NCBI GenBank assembly: GCA_021776735.1
Contig: JAJFFH010000041.1
Coordinates: 61,553-125,552 of the forward strand
From: Planctomycetota bacterium
Lineage (GTDB): Bacteria > Planctomycetota > PLA2
Reading direction: 5' to 3'
Length of the DNA stretch: 64,000 bases
In this document: positions 37,359 to 46,014 of the stretch, piece by piece
How positions within the stretch are numbered: position 1 is the stretch's first letter
Layout: each line of letters starts with the position of its first letter
The notes under the pieces: generated by a model
Seen by the model: the letters and a program-made list of their open reading frames with translations, nothing else
Databases searched by the model: none
Told to the model about the DNA's origin: nothing
Translations under genes and position numbers: made by a program

Positions 37359-38282
37359 ATGCCCACCCAACACGAGGATCGATCCAGGCGCGGACCGCTA
37401 ATGGTCTGCTACCCCGGCCACGACGTGCCCGAACTTGCGGGCGTGATCGCTGTCGACTCCGGCGCGGAAGTGTTGATCCAAGGGGTGCCGACAAGGACGG
37501 ATCTACAGGCCCACCCCGACCTGCGCGCCGTGGTAATCCCCTACGCGGGCGTTCCCAGCCGCACGCGCGAGCTGCTCCGCGAATTCCCGCAGGTTGCCCT
37601 GTACAACCTGCACCACAACGCCGCCTCGACCGCGGAGACCGCGATGGCACTGTTCCTGGCCGCCCAAAAGCGCGTGGTGCCGATCGACCGCGCGCTGCGA
37701 CAACACGACTGGTCGCCCCGCTACAACAGCGACCGCCCCGGCGGCTGCGACAACCAGACAACGGTCGTGCTTGGCTTCGGTTCGATCGGGCGTCGCATCG
37801 GGCGTGCGTGCGAGGGGCTCGGCATGAGCGTGATCGGCCTGCGGCGCAGCACACCGGTCCCGCCCCGCGACGCGTTGCCGCAAGCGAGCGCGCTGTTTGT
37901 CTGCGTGCCCTGGACCGAGGAAACCGAGGGCCTGATCGGCGTGGAAGAACTCCGGCTGCTCCCGGACGGGGCGGTCGTGGTCAACGTCGCACGAGGCCCG
38001 GTCATCGACGAGGCGGCGTTGTACACAGAACTCAAGAGCGGACGCCTCGCCGCTGGCCTCGACGTGTGGTGGAACTACCCGAAGAACGACGAAGACCGCA
38101 AACACACGCAGCCCGCAAACCACCCGTTCCACGAACTCGACAACGTGGTGATGAGCCCCCACCGCGCCGGTCACACCGCCGAAACAGAACACCTCCGCCA
38201 AACGCACCTCATCCAGGTACTCGCCGCCCTGGCCCAAAACCAAACCCCACCCAACCGCGTAGATCTGGACCGCGGGTATTGA
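37359..38282 (+). CDS. D-isomer-specific 2-hydroxyacid dehydrogenase family protein (NAD-binding)
   Basis: The Rossmann motif is VVLGFGSIGRRIGRACEGLGMSVIG. The catalytic region is VNVARGPVIDEAALYTELKSGRLAAGLDVW...SPHRAGHT. The start is placed 5 nt after the LysR stop. Confidence 0.75.
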   Translation: MPTQHEDRSRRGPLMVCYPGHDVPELAGVIAVDSGAEVLIQGVPTRTDLQAHPDLRAVVIPYAGVPSRTRELLREFPQVALYNLHHNAASTAETAMALFLAAQKRVVPIDRALRQHDWSPRYNSDRPGGCDNQTTVVLGFGSIGRRIGRACEGLGMSVIGLRRSTPVPPRDALPQASALFVCVPWTEETEGLIGVEELRLLPDGAVVVNVARGPVIDEAALYTELKSGRLAAGLDVWWNYPKNDEDRKHTQPANHPFHELDNVVMSPHRAGHTAETEHLRQTHLIQVLAALAQNQTPPNRVDLDRGY

Positions 38283-38329
38283 ACCCATCCACCCCACCGC
38301 CCCCAAGACACCCGGTGGATCCCGCCCCC

Positions 38330-38988
38330 GACTTGTCCGCCATAGCTCCGCCGGGAGCGACGGCGGTCCCCGATCCGAACCGATCCGAACCCGAGCCCGA
38401 CCGTTCTCGTTCACTTAGCGCTTGCTCCATACGCGGGAGTCGATCACTCGAACGACCCGCGACATAGTCGCGACCCGATCTCCGATCCCCGAACCCGTTC
38501 GCGTTTACGACCGACGTTCTCGTTCACGGAGCGCTTGCTCCATACGCGGGAGTCGATCACTCGAACGACCCGCGACACAGTCGCGATCCGATCCCCGATC
38601 CCCGATCCCCGATCCCCGATCCCCGATCCCCGATCCCCGATCCCGATCCCGATCCCCGATCCCCGATCCCCGAACCCGATCCCGATCCCGATCCCGATCC
38701 CGAACCCGATCCCGAACCCGACCCGGACCCGGACCCCGATCCCGTTCACGTTCACGAACGACGTTCACGTTCATGTAGCGCTTGCTTGTTCTCATGCCAG
38801 CGGGCACGACCCGCGCCCCCTGCGCGAGCGCTCGAATTCTTGTTGGCCTCCAGGCGGGAGGGCGCCTATCGCCCCCTTCCACTTGCGTGGGGCGAACGAC
38901 GTTCTCGTTCGCGTACCGCTTGCTGCGGCCAGAGGAACGAGTAGCTCGTCGCGCTTGTCTTTCGCTCCCCCTTTCCGCCCGCGCCCCC
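38330..38988. repeat. 700-bp composite intergenic repeat region: CCGAT microsatellites, two tandem ~114-bp units, and GAACG boxes
   Basis: The tandem units are 38402-38480 and 38516-38594 (CGTTCTCGTTCAC(T/G)(T/G)AGCGCTTGCTCCATACGCGGGAGTCGATCACTCGAACGACCCGCGACA(T/C)AGTCGCGA(C/T)CCGATC). A (GATCCCC)n tract spans 38586-38745. CGTTCACGTTCACGAACGACGTTCACG sits at 38737-38770. GCGCCTATCGCCCCCTTCCACTTGCGTGGGGCGAA (38857-38895) is also present at 25578-25615. Confidence 0.85.
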
Positions 38989-41328
38989 CTATTCCTCTTC
39001 CGGCCGCTTTTTGGGCAGCGCCCAGTTCCAATCGAACCAGCCGGCGGCGCGGACGCCGCCGTCGCTCTTTTGGAGAAAGTCCGCGCCAAAGATCGCGTAG
39101 TCGGGGTAGCCGACGCCCGACACGAACGGCAAGAGACCGTAGCCCGCGCGCGCACCTGTGGCGCCGGTGTGGCCGAACACGCCGACCAACCCCGCGTCGT
39201 CGCCGCGCATCGGATAGACGAAGACGCAGCCGAGGTCGGTGCCCTTCCACGTCCGGTTTCCGAGCGTGATGCTGCCGCGGCGCACGCGCAGGGGGCAGGC
39301 GTCCGGCAACAATCGGGCGAACGCGCCGTTTGTATCCGCGTTGCCGAACAGAATCACGTTGCGGTTCTCGAAGGCGTCTGCGTCGGCCAAGTACGTGGCG
39401 TCGGTCACGATCGGCACGTCGCCGTTCGCGCGATACCACCACGCTTGCGCGTCGTGCCGTGCGCGGGCGAGCGATTCGGTGTCGTCCTTGCCGATCACGA
39501 AGACAAAGCCGCGGCCGAACGCGCGCTTGAACGGGCCGCTGCGCCCCGGGTGCTTCTCGGTTACGGACCGCTCGCCGACGGTCCAACCCAGACGCGTGAG
39601 AAAGAACTCGGCGTCCGACGCCGCGTGCACAACCTGGCCGTCGATCACAAAACGCCGTGCGTCGCCCTCCAGCCCGACGCCGAAGCGGCGCACGTTCCTG
39701 GTCTCGATCTCAACCCGCCCCACGCGACGGCGGGCCTGCACGCGGGCGACCTGTCCGTACTCGTTGGGTTGCAGGATCGAAACCCAGTGGTGGTGTGCGT
39801 CGATCGAGGGGTCGGCCGTCGCGAAGTCGAGCTGGTCGGGATCACGGTTGCGCTTCGTGCGCCGAAACAAATCGAAGATTCCCGGAAAATCCACGCAATC
39901 GACACCCTTGGAACGCGGGCCGTTCCACCAGTGCTTCTTGTCCGGCTCAAAGTGCACCTCGGGCGCCGCGCCCGCGTCGCGAAGCGCCTTTTCCATGCGG
40001 CGGCCCTCGCTCGCCGGTACGTTGTCGTCCGCCGCGCCATGCAGGATGAACGTCGGTAGCTGCACGAGATTGGTGACCAGCGCAAGGGTGTCGGAGGAGA
40101 GATCCGCCGCGTGCCAGAGCGCTGCGCGCTTGGACGGCTGCGCACCGCCGCCGACGTACGAGGCAAACGAACACCAGCCCGCCGACGGCGCGATCGCGGC
40201 AAAACCGTCCGGATCGTTTGCCCCAAGGTGCCACGTTCCGTGCCCGCCCATCGAGTGGCCGGTCAGATACAAGCGGCTTCGATCCGCGCCGGTCCACGCG
40301 ACCGCGTGCTCCAGGACCTCGTACGCATCCGTGCGCCCCCAGTCCTGCCAGTCGAAACCGAACGGGCGCCGGTTCGTCGGGGCAACGATCCACAGATCGT
40401 CCTTCCGATGGTAGCTGCGCACCTGATTGAACGCATCGACCCCTGCGCCGTGCAACGTCAGGACCATCCCGGCGCCGGCGCGCTTGCGCGGCGCGAGCAC
40501 CGAGTACTGCTGAACCGTGCCATCGATCCGCGAGCGAAACGTGACCCGACGTACATCCGACGCCTCTTTGACCTTGACCTTCACGGCCGTACGCGCCGCA
40601 CCGCACGCCACCTCGATATCGAAGACATCGCCGTCCGTACGCTTTTTGCCGCGAGCCCGCCCCTGCACCCGACGCACCCCCAGCGGCACGAGGCCGGCCG
40701 GATACGCACGACCGCCCGCGCGCAGCGGACCGGACCAGCGATCGGAAAGATTCATGATCGGCACCGAGAGCAAGAGCCGGTCGCGCCGCCCCTTCACCGC
40801 GTGTGGCGCCGTCAGGTCGCGATCCGCAAACAACAATCGCGACTCGCCCGCGAGCGCGGGGTCGTCGAACGCAAAGCGAAAGCGTCCGCGCACGCCGCGC
40901 ACATACAGGTGGTTGACGCCGCGCCGGAGCTGCACGGGTACGCCCGCGTGGCCACCGCTGTACACGTCGCCGACGAATGCGTCGCCGTTCAGATAGAACA
41001 CCGAGCCGCCGGGAACGCGGGCAAGCAACACGCTGTCCTCGTCCGAGCGCACGGTCGCATAGGCCATCGCCATCCGGCCGGCGACAAACCCCTTCTCGTT
41101 GGGCTTGGCGCGCGTCCATTTTTTCTCGCCGCGAGTGCCACGCACGGCCTCGCCCTCGCGCGGCGGCGCCGCGTCGCGGGGCACGATGTAGCGCGCCAGC
41201 AGCGCGCCGGGATTGAACGGGTGCCGCGTGCGCCGATCGACCGGCTCGATGACCAGCCAATCGCCAAAAACCGGTTCGCCGGCGGCAGCCCAGGCCGCGG
41301 CGAGAAGGAGAACCAGAAGTACTCGCAC
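38989..41328 (-). CDS. secreted alpha/beta-hydrolase (S9-peptidase/esterase-like) with a large N-terminal domain
   Basis: The real start is the GTG at 41328 (MRVLLVLLLAAAWAAAG signal peptide). The nucleophile elbow GHSMGGHG sits in LYLTGHSMGGHGTWHL. The 5' ORF-track extension is an artefact. Confidence 0.7.
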   Translation of the reverse strand: MRVLLVLLLAAAWAAAGEPVFGDWLVIEPVDRRTRHPFNPGALLARYIVPRDAAPPREGEAVRGTRGEKKWTRAKPNEKGFVAGRMAMAYATVRSDEDSVLLARVPGGSVFYLNGDAFVGDVYSGGHAGVPVQLRRGVNHLYVRGVRGRFRFAFDDPALAGESRLLFADRDLTAPHAVKGRRDRLLLSVPIMNLSDRWSGPLRAGGRAYPAGLVPLGVRRVQGRARGKKRTDGDVFDIEVACGAARTAVKVKVKEASDVRRVTFRSRIDGTVQQYSVLAPRKRAGAGMVLTLHGAGVDAFNQVRSYHRKDDLWIVAPTNRRPFGFDWQDWGRTDAYEVLEHAVAWTGADRSRLYLTGHSMGGHGTWHLGANDPDGFAAIAPSAGWCSFASYVGGGAQPSKRAALWHAADLSSDTLALVTNLVQLPTFILHGAADDNVPASEGRRMEKALRDAGAAPEVHFEPDKKHWWNGPRSKGVDCVDFPGIFDLFRRTKRNRDPDQLDFATADPSIDAHHHWVSILQPNEYGQVARVQARRRVGRVEIETRNVRRFGVGLEGDARRFVIDGQVVHAASDAEFFLTRLGWTVGERSVTEKHPGRSGPFKRAFGRGFVFVIGKDDTESLARARHDAQAWWYRANGDVPIVTDATYLADADAFENRNVILFGNADTNGAFARLLPDACPLRVRRGSITLGNRTWKGTDLGCVFVYPMRGDDAGLVGVFGHTGATGARAGYGLLPFVSGVGYPDYAIFGADFLQKSDGGVRAAGWFDWNWALPKKRPEEE

Positions 41329-41375
41329 GCGCGCAGGATACAAGGCCCGCCCGATCCACGTTCTAATGAGCCACG

Positions 41376-42740
41376 GTGCACACCTCCCAGCTTTCCCCCT
41401 CCCGGCGCCCTCCCCCGCTCTTTTGGTTGCTTGCCATTCTTTGCGCTGCCTTTCCCAACTCCGCGGCCGCCGACGAGGACTCGCTGGCGGGCGAACTTGC
41501 CACGCTGGTGGATCTGCCGGATCCCGTGAGCCGCCGCAAGCGTGCGGACGAGTTGGCGAAGCGGGACGATCTTGATCCCAAGAGCGTACGGACGGCGATG
41601 CTTTCGTTCGCGCATGTGGGCGGCGCGCGGGCAGGTGAGTACACCCGCGAGGTGACGCTCGTCCTGCCGGGCAAGGGCGGCAAGGGGTATGACGCCGTTG
41701 CCGCGACGATCCCGTTGTATGTGCCGCAAAACTACGCGCCCGCACGACCGACGCCGCTCCTTTTGGCGCTGCACGGGGCGGGGGGACGCGGGCTCAACCA
41801 GATCGGAATCTGGCGCCACGTCGCGGAGGCTACGGGGATGATCGTCGCCGCGCCTGACGAGCCGGGAGCCAACGAGGGCTATGCGTTTTCCGCCCGCGAG
41901 CGGGACGCCGCCCTCGCCGCGCTGCGTTGGGTACGACGCCATTTCAACATCGACGAGAACCGCATCCACCTCGCGGGCGTCAGCCGCGGCGGGCACATGA
42001 CGTGGGATCTCGGCACGCGCCGGCCCGACCTTTGGGCGTCGCTCGCGCCGATGATCGGCGGGCCCCGTTTCGACACCCGCCGCGGGCAAAACAACCTGCG
42101 GTTCATCCCCAACATCGCGCATCTCCCCATCCGCTGCCTGCAGGGCCAGAAAGACCAGGCCGGGCTTATCTTCAACCTGAAGCTCGGGTTCGAGCGTCTC
42201 AAGGAGGCCCAGGCGCCCGACGCCGAACTGCTGCTGTTTCCGAAACTCGGGCACTCGTTTCGCTTCGAGTCCGTGAAGTGGTCGAAGTTCCTGCCCGCGG
42301 CGCGGCGCAATCCGCTGCGGCGCCGCGTCGTGCGTCTGGCCGCGTCGAAGAGCGAGACCCGCGCGGCCTGGGTGGAAGTCACGCGGCTGGACCGCACGGT
42401 CAAGGAAAGCTTCATGCCGCGCGTGGTTGCCGCGCAATGGAACAATCTCGACCTCGACGGCAAGCGCCGGTATCTCGCGGCCGCCGCCGACAAGCGCACG
42501 GCGAGAATCGACGCCGAGATGGTCGCGCCGGGTCGTTTTCGGGTACGTAGCCAACGCGTCAAGGGATTTCGGCTGCTGCTGACGCCGGAAATGCTTAAGG
42601 CCGGCGCGCCCGTGGAAATCATCTGGAACGGGCGGGTGCGCAAGAAATCCGTCCGCATCAGCAAGCGGGTGCTGCTTCGGGAATTCGCCGAACGGTTCGA
42701 TCGCGCGTTCGTACCTGTGGCGGAGGTGCGCGTCCCGTAG
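41376..42740 (+). CDS. secreted esterase / PHB-depolymerase-like alpha/beta-hydrolase
   Basis: The signal peptide is LFWLLAILCAAFPNSAAA. LLLALHGAGG marks the oxyanion region and IHLAGVSRGGHMTW the GxSxG nucleophile. It is divergent from the other hydrolase gene, with a 48-bp spacer. Confidence 0.7.
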   Translation: MHTSQLSPSRRPPPLFWLLAILCAAFPNSAAADEDSLAGELATLVDLPDPVSRRKRADELAKRDDLDPKSVRTAMLSFAHVGGARAGEYTREVTLVLPGKGGKGYDAVAATIPLYVPQNYAPARPTPLLLALHGAGGRGLNQIGIWRHVAEATGMIVAAPDEPGANEGYAFSARERDAALAALRWVRRHFNIDENRIHLAGVSRGGHMTWDLGTRRPDLWASLAPMIGGPRFDTRRGQNNLRFIPNIAHLPIRCLQGQKDQAGLIFNLKLGFERLKEAQAPDAELLLFPKLGHSFRFESVKWSKFLPAARRNPLRRRVVRLAASKSETRAAWVEVTRLDRTVKESFMPRVVAAQWNNLDLDGKRRYLAAAADKRTARIDAEMVAPGRFRVRSQRVKGFRLLLTPEMLKAGAPVEIIWNGRVRKKSVRISKRVLLREFAERFDRAFVPVAEVRVP

Positions 42741-42784
42741 GCAGGACTCGCGATTCGCGGGTGGTGCCCCTTATAGTCCCCCTC

Positions 42785-43333
42785 ATGCTCGAGACCGCGC
42801 AAGAGTGGATCGACCGGCTCGACCTGAAGCCCTTGGAGATCGAAGGCGGCTATTACCGCGAGATCTGCCGATCGGACGAAACCATCGAAGCCAACAAGCT
42901 GCCCGTCCGGTATGCGACGCCGCGGGCGATGTACACGTCGATCTACTACCTGCTGACCCCGGAGTCATGCTCGCTGATGCACCGTCTCCAGACCGACGAA
43001 TTGTTCACGTTCGTGGCCGGCGACCCGGTCAACATGCTGTTGCTCTACGAGACCGGCACGGGCCGCGAGGTTCGAATCGGCAACTCCGGCGAGCCGGGCA
43101 TCGAGCCGCACTTTTGCGTGCCGCGCCGCGTCTGGCAGGGCTGCAACCTCGAATCAGGAGGCAAGTTCGCCCTGCTGACGGCCACCGTGGCCCCCGGATT
43201 CGACCGGCTCGACTTCGAACTCGGCAAGCGCAACGCCCTCGTCGAGACGTACTCGTCGTTTAAGTGGCGCATCAAGTCGCTAACGCGCGCCACCGCCGAT
43301 TCCGACTCCACGGGACCGACGGCCGACGGTTGA
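42785..43333 (+). CDS. cupin-domain protein (DUF985/cupin_5-like)
   Basis: The start is trimmed to MLETAQEWIDRL. A beta-rich cupin-like core follows. Confidence 0.55.
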   Translation: MLETAQEWIDRLDLKPLEIEGGYYREICRSDETIEANKLPVRYATPRAMYTSIYYLLTPESCSLMHRLQTDELFTFVAGDPVNMLLLYETGTGREVRIGNSGEPGIEPHFCVPRRVWQGCNLESGGKFALLTATVAPGFDRLDFELGKRNALVETYSSFKWRIKSLTRATADSDSTGPTADG

Positions 43334-43478
43334 TCCGGCACGGCTAGTCCGGCGGCCGCGCTCAACGGAGCGACGCGGACCGAGCGACCCCGGAGCGCGC
43401 GGCCCCGGGCCGAGTCGAGCCGTCGCCTCAGCGGGCGATTCCAACGCCTGATCTCCGGCGAATCGGACTTGGCCCGCT

Positions 43479-44399
43479 CTACTTCGGTTTGCCGCGGGGT
43501 GCATCGCCGCCTGTTCCTTCGTCCGCGCTCTCTCGGGTATCGGCGTTCTCCATGGTGTCAGCCAGCACCGTGTCAGCCAGCACCGTGTCATCCAGCACCG
43601 TGTCAGCCAGCATGGATCGAACGTACTCCGTCAACCGGGCGTTCACGGACACCCCGCTCTCTCCGCGATGGGTCGCGCGTCCGTCCAGGCTCAGGAACGC
43701 GCCGCCCGACGCCTCGATCACCGGCCTGAGTGCCGCGGTATCCCAAATCGCCAGCACCGGATCGAACATCGCCTCCGCTCGCCCGGTCGCGACAAGAAGA
43801 TGGCCGTAGCAATCCCCCCAACCGCGCGACCGGCCGAATCTGGCGCGGATCGCCGCCAGGAGGCTCTCCTGGCCCACGATCTCGAAGCCGCGCGCGGAGG
43901 TCCAGCAGGCCAGCGCTTGCTCCGGTCGACCCTCGTCCGACACCCGCGCCGGAACGACACGTTCGCCCGAGGGCCCGCCGATACCACGCACCCAAAACGC
44001 TCCCTCCCTGCGAGACGCGTACACCATTTCGCCGAGTGCGGGCATGTAGATCACGCCGATGATCGGCTCGCCGTCCTCCTCGAGCGCCACCAGCGTGCCG
44101 TAGAGCGGGACGCCGCGAGCAAACGACTTCGTGCCGTCGATGGGGTCGAGGATCCAGGTCCGCCCAGTCGTGCCCTCATCGACGCCGTACTCTTCACCGA
44201 CGATGCCGTCGTCGGGAAAGACGGCCGCGATGTGATCACGCAAGACGACCTCTGCCTCGCGGTCGGCCCGCGTTACGGGTGTGCCGTCACGCTTCTTGTC
44301 GAGGCCGAGAGCGGAGCCGCCGAAGTACTTGAGCGTCACGGCGCCGGCCGCCCGCGCGGCCTCCACGGCAAAGCGGAGTGATTGGTTGGTGATTTCCAT
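43479..44399 (-). CDS. inositol monophosphatase family protein (possibly histidinol-phosphatase HisN-like) with a repetitive C-terminal tail
   Basis: The start is trimmed to MEITNQSLRFAVEAARAAGAV. The IMPase motifs are WILDPIDGTKSF (DPIDGT) and WGDCYGHLLVATGRAEAMFD. The C-terminus is encoded by a 15-nt tandem repeat (ADTVLADTVLDDTVLADT). Confidence 0.8.
   Translation of the reverse strand: MEITNQSLRFAVEAARAAGAVTLKYFGGSALGLDKKRDGTPVTRADREAEVVLRDHIAAVFPDDGIVGEEYGVDEGTTGRTWILDPIDGTKSFARGVPLYGTLVALEEDGEPIIGVIYMPALGEMVYASRREGAFWVRGIGGPSGERVVPARVSDEGRPEQALACWTSARGFEIVGQESLLAAIRARFGRSRGWGDCYGHLLVATGRAEAMFDPVLAIWDTAALRPVIEASGGAFLSLDGRATHRGESGVSVNARLTEYVRSMLADTVLDDTVLADTVLADTMENADTRESADEGTGGDAPRGKPK
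43545..43604. repeat. 15-nt tandem repeat x4 at the 3' end of the IMPase gene
   Basis: GTGTCAGCCAGCACC, GTGTCAGCCAGCACC, GTGTCATCCAGCACC, GTGTCAGCCAGCATG. On the gene strand this encodes (A/D)DTVL repeats. Confidence 0.85.
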
Positions 44400-44545
44400 C
44401 GGTGCTGGCCCAAGGATACGGTCCCGGGGATACGGTCCGACGACGAGACGCGGAGGCAGACCGAAAACACGCGGACCGGCGGTCTGCCTCCCTCCACGCG
44501 ACCGCCCGGTCAATACGGACCGGCGGGCCGGCGAACACGAAGTGA

Positions 44546-46006
44546 CTACTCGATTCTGATCACGGCCTCCCCGCCATTCCTGGGGGTCTTGATCGAGACA
44601 TTGCGATCGATACGCCGCACCTTCCCGGTTCGAGGATCCGTCAGCACCACCTTGACGAGCACGCCGTACCATGCATCTGAGCGAACACCGGGGTAGACCG
44701 CCGCGGCGCGTTTCTGGAACCGAATCGCCATGTTCTCGCACGGAGCACTGATGAAGAGTGTCCCGGTTCCACGCCACATGGCGAAGGTCGCGAGCTTTCC
44801 TTCGACTTCCACGCCTCCCGGGAACTTCAGCCGAATGCGGGACGGGTGGGATCGCCCGTTGGGAACCTCTCCTTTGCGCCAGGGAGCGTGCGCCAGCCCG
44901 AACTTCGGGTGCCAGCACGTCAGTGTGGCCGACACCGCCAAACGCGGTGGGCGCCGCTTCCATTTCCGGCGATTCGCCTCCACGAAGACCCCAGACGGGT
45001 TGTACGACTTCATCAGATTGAGCGCCGTCATATCCAGCCGACCGACACCGATCCATGTTCCCTCCGGCACCGGCCGACCGTCCACCTGGGGCCACTTGAG
45101 TTGTTGCGTGACCGCGGCGCCGGACAAATCGATCCGGGCGGTCTTCCGACTGGCGTAACGGTAGCGAGGACCGTCGTCTGCGACCCAAAAGAGGTGGAAC
45201 GCCGAGTCCGGAAGCACGCGCAGGCCGGTCTTGGTCACTGTTTCGATGCGCCACCGGTCACCGTTCGTGTACCAGCGCCACGCGTCGATCCGACGCGGAG
45301 GTCCGGGCGTGGCCGCGGTCCTGTCCGGAATACAGAGCACGTACTGTCGTTCTTCGGCCGGAAGCCCGGCCGGCCAGGCGACCGGGACGAAGCGCCCGCG
45401 ATCGACGTGCATGACCGTCGTCACTCCCGCCCTGAGAAACGTGCCCGGGGGCCACGCTATCACCGAGTCCCCTATCACCTCGATCATGTTGTCGACCCCT
45501 GCGGGAACCGACACCTCCAGCCTGCCCGTCGGGATACCGACCCGACGCACGTCGAACACTGGGGCCCCTTTGTCCCAGCCAGAATGGAAGTGCCGTACCT
45601 CGACGCGCAGGCCGCGCAGATCCTGTTGGTTCACGTCTTTGACAACGACTGTCGCGGTCCGGGCCCGTTTGAGTTCCACGCGAACGCGCGCTGGTGTCTT
45701 CGCGTTCACCAAGACGACGACCAGGTCGTAGTTGCGGTTGTACACGTACAGCCGGTCACCAACCGAACAGGTCAACTGGGAGCCGCTCGTGGCACGGACG
45801 ACACGCTCTCCACGGGTCACCGTGCGACGTGCCGCGACCGGCTTGCCCGTGGTCTTGTCAACGGCCGTGAGTACAAGCTGGCGCTCCTCGGCGTGTGCCG
45901 ATACACCCAGAGAGAAAACACCAAAACACAGTGCGGCAAACCGGATCGCCCGGTCGCGAACGGGGAGCCCCCGGCGATGCCGGGGGCCCTTGCCTGAAAG
46001 CATCAT
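44546..46006 (-). CDS. hypothetical secreted protein (third gene of a 3-gene secreted-protein operon)
   Basis: The start is trimmed to MMLSGKGPRHRRGLPVRDRAIRFAALCFGVFSLGVSAHA (signal peptide). The body is beta-rich with non-artefactual composition. Confidence 0.55.
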   Translation of the reverse strand: MMLSGKGPRHRRGLPVRDRAIRFAALCFGVFSLGVSAHAEERQLVLTAVDKTTGKPVAARRTVTRGERVVRATSGSQLTCSVGDRLYVYNRNYDLVVVLVNAKTPARVRVELKRARTATVVVKDVNQQDLRGLRVEVRHFHSGWDKGAPVFDVRRVGIPTGRLEVSVPAGVDNMIEVIGDSVIAWPPGTFLRAGVTTVMHVDRGRFVPVAWPAGLPAEERQYVLCIPDRTAATPGPPRRIDAWRWYTNGDRWRIETVTKTGLRVLPDSAFHLFWVADDGPRYRYASRKTARIDLSGAAVTQQLKWPQVDGRPVPEGTWIGVGRLDMTALNLMKSYNPSGVFVEANRRKWKRRPPRLAVSATLTCWHPKFGLAHAPWRKGEVPNGRSHPSRIRLKFPGGVEVEGKLATFAMWRGTGTLFISAPCENMAIRFQKRAAAVYPGVRSDAWYGVLVKVVLTDPRTGKVRRIDRNVSIKTPRNGGEAVIRIE

Positions 46007-46014
46007 CACTCCAC

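Noticed and set aside
38580-38745. CRISPR array interpretation of the GATCCCC tracts
   Set aside because: These are short 6-7-nt units repeated head to tail with no unique spacers. There are no cas genes, and the same tract type recurs at five other intergenic sites, so they are microsatellites.
40111-41529. 472-aa plus-strand ORF
   Set aside because: It is antisense to the secreted alpha/beta-hydrolase gene (GHSMGGHG on the minus strand).
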